Assembly: GCF_963921235.1 (NCBI RefSeq)
Contig: NC_086097.1
Span: 244,654,001-244,718,000, forward strand
DNA length: 64,000 nucleotides
Direction of reading: 5' to 3'
Source: Mobula hypostoma
Taxonomy: Eukaryota
A program made the position numbers and the translations under genes. The notes below the pieces were generated by a model. That model worked only from the letters and a program-made list of their open reading frames with translations, was not told where the DNA came from and did no database searches. Shown here one piece after another: positions 1-12,319 of the stretch (its first letter is position 1; each line of letters begins with the position of its first letter).

Positions 1-191
1 CCTACCAGGGATGGTGGGAGAGGCAGCTAAATTAGAGTTGTTGAAAGAAAATCTTAGGCACAAGGATGATAGATCCATTGAGGGCTATTCAAAAGAGACG
101 GGTTAGATTGATCTTGGAGTAGGTTAAATGTTGGCATAACATCATGGGTCATAGGGCCTGTGCCTTGCTGTAATGTTCTGTGCACAATACT

Positions 192-396
192 TGGCTGGCT
201 GGTGGTGTAGTGACATCTGCACCGGACTTGGAGGCAAGTGGTTCCGGATTGAATCCTGCCAGCTCCTTGCATGCTTCCCATCCGTGCTGGGTTGAGCATC
301 AAGCTAGCAACTTGGTCTCTTAAAAACAGACAAATGCTAAGGAAATAGCAAAGGTTGCCGCCCGATACGCCACAATGTGCAGAGAGGAGCAACAAA
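192..396 (+). mobile_element. tRNA-derived SINE
   Basis: A-box-like TGGTGTAGTG and B-box-like GATTGAATCC. The tail aaggttgccg...gcagagaggagcaacaa recurs at about 21410-21485. Confidence 0.55.
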
Positions 397-1596
397 TATG
401 CACAATACTGTGTACCAATTTGTTTCCTTATTGCTTCAGCTGATTGCAGTTCAAAGAAAGTTTACTTGACTGGCACCTGGAATATGCTGGTTGCCTTATG
501 AAGAAAGGTTAGCGAGGCTTGGCTTGTATGTACTGAAGTTTAGAATGAACTTCAAGTTGGTTTATTATCAGCAAAGTAGTGAGGTATCGATACAATGAAA
601 GCAGGCCAGGCCCAGAGCACACAGAATATACAAGAAATGAGAGGAAAAGAGTGCAAAAAAGAAAGGCACAGAAGTGCAAGAGGTTGCCCATTGCTTAGGA
701 GCACTTTGATCATTTCATATTTCATAGGGTTAGGGTTGCGCAGGTCTGATCAAGAACTTGATTGTAGTAAGGTAGTTTTTTTTTAAACCTGGTCATTTGA
801 AACTTCAGCCTTTTGTACCTCCTGTCTGATCATAGCAGTATTGATGGTGGGGATCCTTGATGGTAAGTACTGCCTTGAGGCAGTGCTTCATGCTGTCAGG
901 ATGTTCTGGGCTGTGATGCTACAAGATATAACATGTATGATCCAGAGAGCTTGACTGGTTGGATGTCAAGAGAATGTTCCTGTTGAATAAGAATCTAGAA
1001 CAGGGGGTTATGATTGAAAAATAAGAGGTGACCTCTTAAGACAGAAATGAGGTACAAAATTTTCCCCATTTTCATGAGTGCTTGGCACAGGAGAGATGGA
1101 ACACACCCCTCAGTGGTTCATCAGTCTCACTGATGCCCTTCATCATTAACCTTAAAATCGCTTTCTAAAGCATCAAATTAGTACTTTTGTGTATGGGATA
1201 ATTCACAATAATTTGTGATTGAGTTCACTATGACTAGCAAGCACGAGTGAAAGACCATAACTCAGGAGAGGAATTAGTTTATTCGGCCCATCTAGTTTGC
1301 TCCACAAACCACTCAAACATAGCATGTGAAATAGCCGTTAGTGTTGGCTGAAATCTTTCTGAAATACTTGTTCTGTAGTGCGACAATATGGATGATTGAA
1401 ATGGAACACAGAACTTGAGCTCACAACCATTTCACATTACTTTTTTTTGACTTGAGTAAAACTGTCTATGAAATAAAAATGCTTTTATCTATTCATTTGT
1501 CTAAAAGAAACAAAAGGTAAAACATAATCAAAGATTCTTAATTAAGCACAGCAAAAGCTATGACTGTGTCCTTGAACAGTTTTTTTGTTATTACAG

Positions 1597-1675
1597 GTAA
1601 CGTTACTTGGACTAGAGATTATAAGAGCACTTGTCGATCGCATGAAAGATCGTTTTAAACCCCATTTCGGAACAT
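1597..1675 (+). CDS. CLASP2: CLASP-family internal coding exon (TOG1), VTLLGLEIIRALVDRMKDRFKPHFGT+1 nt
   Basis: Acceptor ttttttgttattacAG and donor GTgagt; 79 nt. The peptide aligns by recall with CLASP1 VVLLGMDILSALVTRLQDRFK and CLASP2 VSLMGLEILSAFVDRLSTRFK, and its phase fits the next exon. The paralog call is tentative. Confidence 0.92.
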
Positions 1676-2249
1676 GTGAGTGAATCTCCTCGACTTTGAA
1701 TTTGTTAATATTTTCATGTCAGTTGGAATGAGTTGGTCATTGATAAAATTCAGTAATGAAAGTTAATTTTATGCTACACACCTTTATGGCCCTTCTAAAT
1801 TCCTGTTTTTGGTACCAGCAGGGTAGTATTTATTGACCATCGTAAATTGCATTGAAGTGATTGATTGGATTCAGGTTATTGCAATGATATTGTGGAATTG
1901 TTTCAATTTTTTTCAAGTGTTTTTGAGTTGGAAATTCCAGGTTTTTTTTATTACGGTATTTCTACAAGTTGTGATTTCCCAGAAGGGGAATTTGGAGCTC
2001 ACATAGGGTTACTTGTCTTGGATTTCTCAATGTAACACTGGTGGAATGTATTCAGACTAAGATGGTGGATGAACTGCAACACTTTCTATTAATGGTATTT
2101 ATTCCATCTTGGGTGGATATCTTGGTCAGCCTTTTGTACAGTTTCTTACCAGATACCTTCTGGAATGCATCAGTGCTCTTTGAGCGACCTTGTCGGTGGC
2201 TCAAAGACATCAGTGATGCAAGTTATAATATGACTAAATCCATAAACGT

Positions 2250-2660
2250 GAGAATCTACAGACGTTGGAAATCCAAAGCAACACCCACACAATTCTGGAG
2301 GAATTCAGCAGGTTAGGCAGCATCTATGGATGCCGCTCAAGCTGAGACACTTCGTCATGACTGGAAAGGAAGAGAAGTGTGGGGAGGGGAGGAAGTAGTA
2401 CAGGGTGGCACATGATAGGTGAAACCGTGGAGGGGTGGTGAAGAACTGGAAAGTTGATTGGTAAAAGAGGTAAAGGGCTGAAGAAGGGGGGTTTCTGATG
2501 GGAGAGGACAAAAGACTATGGAAGAAAGGGAAGGGTGAGGAGCCCCAGAGGGAGGTTAAGGTGAGAGAGAGAGAGAGAGAGAAACACCTTCTTACTCTGA
2601 CTTCTCTTCCTTTCCAGTCCTGATGAAGGGTTCCAGCATCTGCAGATTTTCTCTTATTTG
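2250..2660. mobile_element. Penelope-like pLTR fragments in inverted arrangement around a (GA)n tract
   Basis: Minus-strand copy at about 2255-2560 and plus-strand copy at about 2590-2660 (cctgatgaagggt...tccagcatctgcaga), both matching the 3' end of the PLE at 20600-21020. Confidence 0.7.
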
Positions 2661-2868
2661 AAGTTTGAGATCCCAGTTTTCCTTTTCTTAGATAAGCTGC
2701 CAAGCACCGCTGACAGCCCCATCTGCCCGAAGCGACTGGTTTTCAGGCGCCAGTAACTCACCTTTGCCCCTTCTCCTTTCAGTAGAAACGGTTCTGCTGG
2801 GGCTTAGTAGTTAAGCCACAGGAGAAGGCCAGGAGCTGGATTTGTTTGTCAGAAGCTTCTTGATGTGC
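2660..2868 (-). mobile_element. Non-autonomous RTE-5'UTR element, downstream part, split by the RTE LINE
   Basis: Reverse complement of about 2945-3150. It continues at 7321-7408, and an uninterrupted relative lies at 34625-35111. Confidence 0.8.
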
Positions 2869-3037
2869 GGTTCTAAAGGTAGTCATAGCTGAAGGGTGGT
2901 AGTGGGGGCCGAGCTCCCACTGCTAAACAAATGCTCTTCATGGTGTGCGTCTCAAACAGCCTCTGGCAACCAAGTCCAACTCCTGGCCTTCACGTTCGTA
3001 GTTCTTATGCCCGGCGGAGCTGTTCTCACTGACAGGA
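2869..3037 (+). ncRNA. Candidate HDV/CPEB3-like self-cleaving ribozyme at the RTE 5' end
   Basis: P1 GGTTCT 2869-2874 / GGAGCT 3016-3021 with a G1.U wobble; P2 TCCTG 2981-2985 / CAGGA 3033-3037; P3 GCC 2986-2988 / GGC 3013-3015; L3 begins TTCACGT; P1.1 C2991-G3022; J4/2 CTGA with putative catalytic C3029. Folded manually. Confidence 0.72.
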
Positions 3038-5855
3038 TAAGGGGGCAAAGGTGGGCCACTGGCGCCTTAAAACCAGTTGCTCCGGGCAGATGGAGCTCAT
3101 TAACTGCGGATGGCAGCTCATCTAGGAGAGGGAAAACTCCAATTTCAAACCTCCGCTGCTTTGCAGCTATACCCGCTCACGGGAAAGGCTTTGGGAGTAA
3201 ACCTCAAGGAAAAATCCGGAGTTGAAGTCCCGAAGGCGGCTGACTGCTGTACCCAGCACCGGCACAGCAACTCCTGTGATGCTGCTGGCACTAAACCATA
3301 CCGACTTTCGTCGTTCCTTTGGACCCTGTCATCAGCATGGAGAGAGGGGTTCCACTGCATGGGCAACAGACAGATCTCCATATCAACTCTGCCCTGGCTT
3401 GCTCCCTGGAGAGGCCACTCCAGCTTCGCTTTATAGTGTCGGACAAACATGGGAAGCCGCAGTTACTGGTTATAAGTCATAATGCTTGATTGGCATAGAG
3501 CATGGCACCAGGGGTTGCTTCTGACTGTGGGAGAGACCATTGCGTTTCACTGGACAGCTACCACCCGCTTCAAGATGGGCAGCCCCCAGCCAGTAAGGTG
3601 CTGTCCCACCACAGTCAGTCTTCCTCATTGGGTGCATGGGGATAATGGATTATTCCACGAAGAGCTGACTGTGACTACTACTAAGAAAGAAAACAAATCG
3701 AATAAGACCACACCCCTTGTTGGGATGTTGGAATGTCCGCACAATGACGACTGGACTTGACCAAAACATCAAGGATATCGAAGATGCCCAAAAAACAGCG
3801 GTCATTAATAATGAGCTACTAAGGCTCAAGGTAGATATAGCTACCCTACAAGAAACACGTCTGGTGGATTCAGGTGCACTGAAGGAAAGGGACTACACAT
3901 TTTTCTGGCAGAGAAGGAACCAAGATGAGCCCCGCGAGCATGGAGTGGGTTTTGCCATTAGGAGCTCCTTGTTGCAAATGGTGGAGCCACCAGAAAGTGG
4001 ATCAGAACAACTTATAACTCTCTGCCGGCACACCAGTCATGGCCCAGTATCTCTCATCAGTGTGTATGCCCCTACCTTGAACTCCACCTCTGAGACAAAA
4101 GACAAATTCTACGACAAATTAGAAGCTGTTGTCAGGAACATTCCCAGTGATGAGCCCCTCGTTCTCCTTGGTGACTTCAACGCCAGAGTGGGAGCCAATA
4201 ACGATTCCTGGCCGTCTTGTCTTGCCCGCTTTGGAATTGGCAAAATAAATGACAATGGACAACGTCTCGTGGAGTTCTGCTTCTATCACGGCCTATGTGT
4301 AACTAACTCCTACTTTCAGGCGAAGTCGCAGTACAAGGTCTCATGGCAGTCTAAACACTGGCACCAACTAGACGTGATCATCACTGTGCGCTCTTTCATC
4401 AACTCTGTACTAATCACCCGCTCATACCACAGTGCAGACTGCAATATGGATCATGCTTTAGTATGCTGCAAGATCAAGCTACCTCCGAAGAAAATCCACC
4501 ACTCCAAACAAGCTGGAAAACCTCGCATCAGCACAACAGAGATGAAACAGTCAGAAAAGGTTGACCAGTTTGCCAAGTCAGTACAGAGCGCTATGACTAC
4601 CTCCTCCCAAGGAGATACTGCGACAGAACAATGGTCATACCTTTGCGACACCATCCACGAATCAGCACTCTCTATCTTTGGAAGAAAGACTACAAAGAGC
4701 AGTGACAGGTTTGAGGCAAAGTTCAACATCATAACTCCTGCCATTGAAGCCAGTGCAGCTCACAGAGTACAAGCGCTCACTCTCCAACCAGACACTCCAG
4801 GTACTTCGAGCTGCTAGAAGCAAGATGCAACAGACTGCAAGGCAGTACGCAAATGAGTACTGGCTGCAGCTCAGTGAGGACATTCAGGCAGCAACTGTGA
4901 CAGGCAACATCAGATCGATGTGTGATGGTATCAAGAAGGCCCTTGGCACTTTGCAGAGCAAGACAGCACCCCTGAAGTCATCCAGCGGTGAAATAATCAC
5001 TGACGAAAGCAAGCAGATGGAATGCTGGGTAGAACACTACTCTGAGCTTGACTCGAAGAAAAATGCTATTGTTAGCTCAGCCATTGATGCCATCAATTGT
5101 CTACCAGTCATGGATGAACTCGACTCCGAACCAACCATTGAGGACCTCAGCAAGGCAATTGACAGTCTGGCCCAGGGAAAGCTCCTGGCAATGATGGGAT
5201 TCCTCCAGACCTGATCAAACACTGCAAGAGCTCACTCTTCCAACCTTTACACGAGGTCCTCTGTCAGTGCTGGAAGGAAGGAGCCGTACCACAGGATATG
5301 CGCAAATCCAAAATAGTCACTTTGTACAGGAACAAGGGTGATAGGATCGACTGCAACAACTACAGGGGTATCTCCCTCCTGAGTATTGTCAGCAAAGTTT
5401 TTGCTCGTGTAACTCTGGCACGCCTACAGACTCTAGCAGAACGGGTCTACCCTGAGTCCCATTGTGGTTTTTGCGCAAGGAGGTCAATTGTCGACATGAT
5501 TTTCTCACTCTGTCAACTCCAGGAGAAATGCAGGGAACAACAGAAACCCCTCCATGTATGTCACTTTCATCGACTTGACCAAGGCATTCCACCTTGTCAG
5601 CAGGGATGGGCTCTTTCAGATTCTCCTCAAGATTGGCTGACCCCCGAAACTCCAAAGTATCATCGTGTCATTCCATGATGACATGAGGGCTACTGTTCAG
5701 TACGATGGCAGCTCATCAGAACCCTTTGCTATTGGTAGTGGAGTCAAACAAGGATGCGTGTTGGTTCCAACGTTATTTGGCATCATCTTTTCTCTGCTAT
5801 TGAAGCATACGTTTGGGACGTCGACAGAAGGCATCTACATGCACACCAGATCTGA

Positions 5856-6245
5856 ACATAGAATAGTACAACACATTACAGGCCCTTCGGCCCACAATGT
5901 TGTGCCGACCCTCAAACCCTGCCTCCCATGTAAACCCCCCACCTTAAATTCTTCCATATACCTGTCTAGTAATCTCGTAAACTTCACCAGTGTATCTGCC
6001 TCCACCACTGACTCAGGCAGTGCATTCCATGCACCAACCACTCTCTGAGTAAAAAACCTTCCTCTAATATCCCCCTTGAACTTCCCACCCCCTACCTTAA
6101 AGCCATGTCCTCTTGTATTGAGCAGTGGTGCCCTGGGGAAGAGGCGCTGGCTATCCAATCTATCTATTCCTCTTAATATCTTGTATACCTCTATCATGTC
6201 TTCTCTCATCCTCCTTCTCGCCAAAGAGCAAAGCCCAGCTCCCTT
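5856..6245 (-). mobile_element. 5'-truncated CR1 LINE inserted into the RTE RT region
   Basis: Encodes the CR1 ORF2 C-terminus (DMIEVYKILRG..TRGHGFKV..FFTQRVVGAWNALP). TSD atctga at 5850-5855 / 6246-6251 splits the RTE motif HTRSDGRLF. Confidence 0.9.
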
Positions 6246-7320
6246 ATCTGATGGGCGTCTGTTCAACCTTGTGCGCCTGAGAGCAAGAACAAAGGTGCGA
6301 AAGATCTGAATACGTGACATGGTCTTTGCCAATGACGCTGCTATAACCTCGCACACCAAACAGCAACTACAAACTCTCATGGACCGTTTCTCTAAGGCAT
6401 GCTAGGACTTCGGGCTTACTATCAGCATAAAGAAAACAAACGTCCTTGCCCAGAACGTAGTGGAGACACCAATCATTGCCATCGACGATTACGATCTAGA
6501 AGTGGTCCACGAGTTCACATACTTGGGGTTGACCATTAGCGACACTCTCTCCCTCAATGCTGAAATCAATAGGCGTATCGGCAAAGCAGCATCGATCCTT
6601 GCTCGACTCTCCTTGCAGGTCTGGGAGAATCTGAAACTCGCTACAAAGACCAAGACTGCTGTGTACAATGCAAGCGTTACCAGCACCCTCCTGTACAGTA
6701 GCGAGACTTGGACCATCTACTCCAAGCAGGAGAGGAAACCCAATAGTTTTCATCTGCGCAGCCTTCGCCGCATCCTTGCATCACCTGGAGAGACAAAGTC
6801 CCAAACTCTGAGGTGCTCTCCCGTGCTGGATTTCCCCCAATGTTCACATTTTTTAGCACAACGCAGACTGCGCTGGCTGGGCCACGTCTGTCGTATGAAG
6901 GATGGTAGACTGCCAAAGGACATCCTCTACAGAGAACTAGCAACAGGCAAGAGGAACTTTGGTAGACCCCAGCTTCGCTTCAAGGACCTCTGCAAGCACG
7001 ACACGAAAGCCTTAAAAATCAACACAGAGTGCTGTGAGGATACAGCAGATGACCGCAACAAATGACAAGGTACTCTTCAGCAACACCTAGAGCGAGGCGA
7101 AAGAGTGATCCTGAGTCAGTTTGAGGAGCGGAGGGCTAAACGGAGAGCACAGCAGACAGCGGACAACAATTCCACGACACCCTACACATGCAGCAACTGT
7201 GGCAGAGCCTGTCGTTCCAGGCTCGGCCTCAATAGCCACAGTCGATGCTGCTCGACAAACCGGTGACTACCAGAGGCGCAGTACCCATGGTCGACCATGA
7301 CCGACGGAGGCCACACACAC

Positions 7321-7408
7321 ATTTGATGCGCACACCATTGGAAGCATCTAATAGGTAGTGGGAGCTTGTCCCCATTACCACCCCTGGCTATAACAACCTT
7401 AAGGAACC
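7321..7408 (-). mobile_element. 5' part of the non-autonomous RTE-5'UTR element that hosts the LINE
   Basis: Its reverse complement begins GGTTCCTTAAGGTTGTTATAGC and is homologous to 2869-2955. Confidence 0.8.
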
Positions 7409-7764
7409 ACATCCAATACGACCAAGTGCACAGTAAGAGCAGCCTACCCAAGGTTATTACAAGTTTAACATTGTTTCTGCTTTAAGAATGAATCGCTGCG
7501 CTTCCTTTGCACATATTATGACTCTGTTAACATGCATTGCAACTTTAATGATTTGTATATCAATTTACCCGAGGGTAATGAATCTTCTAGTATTGTTGTC
7601 TTCTATTACTATTTGAATTTATTCAGGTTGTCATATCTGTGTGTGCATTGTACTGGATATTGTAAACTTTGGAGATAATTATCCACATGTTAAACCGTAG
7701 CATGGGCCAATATATTTTCCTGATTTATGTTACTTATACACTTACAATATATATTTCTGATTTA

Positions 7765-8205
7765 GGCACATTTTGGCCTCCAACCTGATGGCATAAATAT
7801 TGACTTCTCAAACTTCTGGTAATGCCCTTCATTCTCTATTCCTCATCCCACTTTCCCCCTCTCACCTCATCTCCATGCCTGCTCATCATCTCCCCTGGTG
7901 CTCCTCTCCCTTTATCTTTCTTCCATGGCCTTTTGTCCTCTCCTATTAGATTCCCCCTTCTTCAGTCTTGTATCTTTTTCACCAATCAACTTCCCAACTT
8001 TTTACTTCACCCCTTCCCCACCTCCCAGTTTCACCTATCACCTTGTCTTTCTCCCTCCCTGCCTCACCCCACCTTCTAACTGTGACTGCTCATCATTTTT
8101 TTCCTCCATCCCTGCTGAAGGGTCTTGGCCTGAAACATCGACTGTTTACTATTTTCCATAGATGCTACCTGGCCTGCTGAGTTCCTCCGGCATTTTGTAT
8201 GTGTG
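7765..8205 (+). mobile_element. Penelope-like 3'/pLTR fragment with degenerate hammerhead
   Basis: Matches 20620-21015; cctgctgaagggtcttggcctgaaacatcgact at about 8111-8143. Confidence 0.8.
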
Positions 8206-8227
8206 TCTAAATCCATACTGGATTCTG

Positions 8228-9070
8228 TGATCATTTGCTAGTCTAGGTTTCAATAGGTACATTTAATGTCGGAGAAATGTATACAATATATATCTTGAAA
8301 ATCTTTTTCTTTGCAAATATCCACGAAAACAGAGGAGTGCCCCAAAGAATGAATGACAGTTAAAAGTTAGAACCCAAAGCCTCCCCCCTCCCACACACAA
8401 GCAAAGGAAGGCAATGACCCCCCCCACCAGCAAAAAAGCATCAGCACCCTTCATCAAGCACTCAAGCATGTAGCAAAGTGTTAATAAAGAAACAGACTTT
8501 CAGTACCCAAAAACTGCTCATTTACCTGGTCATTTGACATGTCTCAGTCGCGCTCTCACACCCTCTCTTCTCCTCCCTCCCCCCCCATAAAGGAAGAAGA
8601 GGTGTTCCTATTTCACAGCGAGAGGTGAGATATAACAAACAACTCGCTGATTTATGATACTAAAAGTCTGTTAACGTCATTTTCTCCAAACTCTGCACTC
8701 AGAGTCGGCACCAAAAAGGCGCCCCTCTCCAGAGACACAACTGTCAATAGCTAACCCGATGTTCTGTGTTCTCCTGCAACACTTCAGTCAGGGGCACCAG
8801 CCTAGAATCAGCATGCCCCAGAGTCACGAAAATCCAGAACCCTGAAGGTGCACTTGCCTTCCAGGCCGCATCCTTGGGATATCAAAATGTGGCCGGTCAT
8901 GAGGCCCTGAGAGTAGATCACATTCCCACAAAGAACGGAAGTCAGAGTGTAACTCTAAGTCAGGGTCTTCAAAAGAATCTTGAAAAGCAAAATAAGATGT
9001 ATCAAGGATAGAAGTAGACCTGTTTCCGAAGATGCAGGAAAAGGAGTTGCCGTTTAGCATCATCTTGACT
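8228..9070 (-). mobile_element. Non-autonomous LINE-tail (Rex/L2-type) element
   Basis: On the minus strand it starts near an AAGATG motif and ends in a tail resembling those at 14940-15020 and 48080-48150. The family is uncertain. Confidence 0.45.
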
Positions 9071-11619
9071 TCGCCCTGCCTCTCTGTCTAAACATATTCT
9101 AACAACTTCAGCAAAAGAGGTTTGATTAATATTATTTACCTTGGTTATAGGAGTAGACCTTTGGGGTCCTCATGTCTGCTCTGCCATTTAACATGATCAT
9201 GGTAATTGAAGATGGACAGTGCCATTGTTCCATTAATACGCAGAAATTCTGTTGGTTTGTTTGTAAATACAATGAATAATGAACCATCATAGCTCTCAGG
9301 CCGTGAATTTCAGTGATTCACATTCCTTTGTGGGATTGTTCTTCCTATCAATCCTAAATGTCTGCTGTTTATTTTGAAATTATGACATTCCCCACCTCCC
9401 AAACGATTCTAGATTCTTTATCAAATGGAAATATCCTTCATCTACCCTCTTGACCCATCTAAAAATCTTGTTTCGTTTCAAGGAGGTCAGATCTCATTCT
9501 TCTAAACTCCAGGGAATACAGGCCTGTCTACTCCATCTTTCTTCACATGACAGATTGTCCCCCCAGGAACTGCAAGTGAATTTTCATTGCACTCAAGCTA
9601 TTTTAAGTAATAAGATCAAAATTGTACCCAGCTCTTAATGTGGTCTTACCAAGGTCCTTTTGTTTTTACAGTGAGACATGGTCATTCTTGTACACCAATG
9701 TTTTTGCAGGAACAGCCAGCTTTTCTAATTGCCTAAAATGCCTGCATGTCAGCATTCAAAAGACTTATAAGGTCATTCAGTCTCTTGGAGCATTAAGATT
9801 TTTCTGTTTTCTGCTTTAAAAATTAATCAGTGTTTCTACTTCTTGTATTGAAGTGGATAATCTGTCCTTTTTCTACATGTTACTCTCATCAGTTGTGTTA
9901 TTGTTCAATGTCTTAGTTTGTGTATATTCTTTGATTCTTTAGCATGACTTGCATTCCTACTCTATTTTGCGTCATCAACAAGCTGTTAATGCTTTGTCCC
10001 TTCAGAACAGTCAATAAAGGTTGTAAGTAGTTGGGGCTCAAACACTGATCTCTGCAGTACCCCAGTGGTTACAGGCTGCCAATCCAAGGAGGAGCTGTTT
10101 TATTCCTGTAATTTGCTTTTTACCTGCCCAAAAACTATGAACAAATTATTTCCCTGTATTCTGTGAGCTCCCATCCTGTTAACCAGCCTGCATGTTCCTA
10201 AAAAATGTTTTATTAATTCTGGAGCATTAGTCGTCATTAAATATTAATTCAGCCAGTCCACTTCTTGCTGCTTTGACTCTGGCTTGAAACCCAAGCCTGT
10301 GTTTCCAGTTTCAATTACCTGAAAAAAGAATTTTCACATCTTGGCCTGTAACCACAGTTTCCTGTTTGTCCCTCATCAGGTATGGGCTGGCAGGGCTTGA
10401 CATATAAACTGCGAAGCCGGACTTGCTCTCTAAACGTCTAAATTTCCAAATAAGACTGAAAGACATAGGAGAATAATTAGGCTGTTCGGCCCATCGTTAA
10501 ATCTGTTGCTTGTTCTGATTTTCAGAAGTTATAAAGAATCTCATGGATAGAACACTTGGATTATAAACTGAGATCTGAAAGGAAAGTTCTCAAAGTTGTA
10601 TTTTTTTGCAGTCCAGAAACAGGCCCTTCAGCCTGATGTCCTGTTGATCAAGTCTGTGCTAATCGTATTTACCTGTACATTGTATATAGTTGATTCCCCC
10701 GGTGGTTTGAGAAATCTAAAATATTGTGAAAGTACCTGCCTCTACATGCTTTATAATCCATCTGTTGTCTGAGTTTTTTTTAAAAAACAAGTTCTTATTC
10801 AGATCCTTTGAACTGCCCTTTAATCTGAACTTGTGCCCCATATTTCTGCGATGGGGAAGTGTTACCTTCAATGTACCCTGTCTAATTTTCTATTCCTCTA
10901 TCAGGTCCTTTGTTCATTCTATCCAATCTCCATAACATAGGAGCAGAATTAAGCCAGTTGACCCATTAAGTCGGCTCTGTCATTCCATCACGGCTGATTT
11001 ATTATCCCTCTCAATCACATTCTCCTGCCTTCTCTCTGCAAATAAGACCATAAGACATGGGAGCAGAGTTAGTCTCACCTCATTACTGAAACATACCATT
11101 CCAGACAACTTCCGAATGAATTTCCTTAGTGTTTTGTCCAGTGCAACTGTATAGTGTCCAATAGTGTGGGGCTCTTGTGATGACCTAACCATGGTTTTAT
11201 ACAATTAGACCTAACTTCCTGTTATTAATCATACATGCATATTTGAAGGCAAATGTCCCAAATATTTTTCTCATAATTCCCCCTTCGCAGCTGGGCTTGG
11301 GACCTTCCATGGTAGAGTTTTGTGCCCAGTTGAGACCGTAATATTGTATACAGGTCTGACCTTCCTTTCAAAGTGAGGATACCTTTGCAGTAGAGGAAGG
11401 TTCACCAGATTGTTTTTTTGGGATGGCAGTTTTTTTTATTTTGGGGAGAAGAGATTCATGCAGACAAGGCCTGAGCTTAAACAAATGAGAGATGATTTTC
11501 GAGAAAACTGGGAAGTTCTTACAAGGCTTAACAGGATATTTCTGCTAGCTACAGGCATCTTGAACCAGAGGTCATAGTATCAAAATACAGGGTTAGCCAA
11601 GCAACACAGAAAAGAAATG

Positions 11620-11780
11620 CACACTTAAGCACACAAAATGCTGGAGGAAATCAGCAAGTCAGGCAGCATCAATGGACGGGAATAAACAATTGGCATCTTG
11701 GGACAAAACCCTTCAGAAGGACTGGAAAGGAAGGGGAAAGAAGCCAGAATAAGAAGTTGGGGCGAGAGGAAGGAGGACAA
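11620..11780 (-). mobile_element. Penelope-like pLTR fragment
   Basis: cacacaaaatgctggaggaaatcagc...cccttcagaaggactgga is the reverse of the PLE end. Confidence 0.7.
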
Positions 11781-12319
11781 GCTGCAGTTTGTTTGCATAG
11801 TGGATTCTGTATCTTTGGAGTCCTCAAACAAAAAGGGCTGTGGAAGATCACTTTTTCAGTATTTTCTGGTAATTGATGTGGTTTCAGGAAATTGAGATAA
11901 ATAGAGTGGATAGTAAATAACTTTTCCCTAAAATGTGTAAAAATAATAAGGCATTGGTTAAGGATGAGGACCAAGAACACTCTCAACATTTTAAGAAGCA
12001 TCTGCTCAAGCACTCAAACCCTGGGGCATAAAGGGTGTGGTTCAACTGCTACTAAGTGGGATAGTATGCAGGTAAATGGGTACTTGATCAGCATGGGCAT
12101 GGCAGACTGAGTAGTTTGTTTCTTTGTTGTGTTACTCTGACTTTTACATATTTCAAGGATTCGAAGATGTGAGGTTAATTCAGCAAAGTGAAGCAAATGA
12201 TCAGTCATCGTCTTGGTGGCAGAACATGCATAAGAGGTCAAAGGGAGTCAGTATGACTAAATGGCACGTTTCTTGAGGGTATGGGCACTCCTTGGATGTA
12301 ACTGGATTTCTTAAGGGTT

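Larger units (their letters stand above)
2869..7320 (+). mobile_element. Full-length but disrupted RTE-clade LINE (APE endonuclease + RT)
   Basis: ORF pieces: GCWNVRT..LQETR..VYAPT..GDFNARVG..SADC (APE), then NYRGISLLS, SGVKQGCVL and HEFTYLG (RT). It ends in a (CA)n tail, with imperfect TSD ttgatgtgc (2860-2868) / ttgatgcgc (7323-7331). Multiple frameshifts. Confidence 0.93.

Noticed and set aside
1..1596. U4atac snRNA, which lies just upstream of the equivalent exon in human CLASP1
   Set aside because: No match to the U4atac ends (AACCATCCTTTTC / AATTTTTG) on either strand by eye. The agtactgcc at about 867 sits in a LINE remnant.
5835..6380. 181-aa fusion ORF
   Set aside because: Chance read-through from antisense RTE sequence into an inserted CR1 tail.
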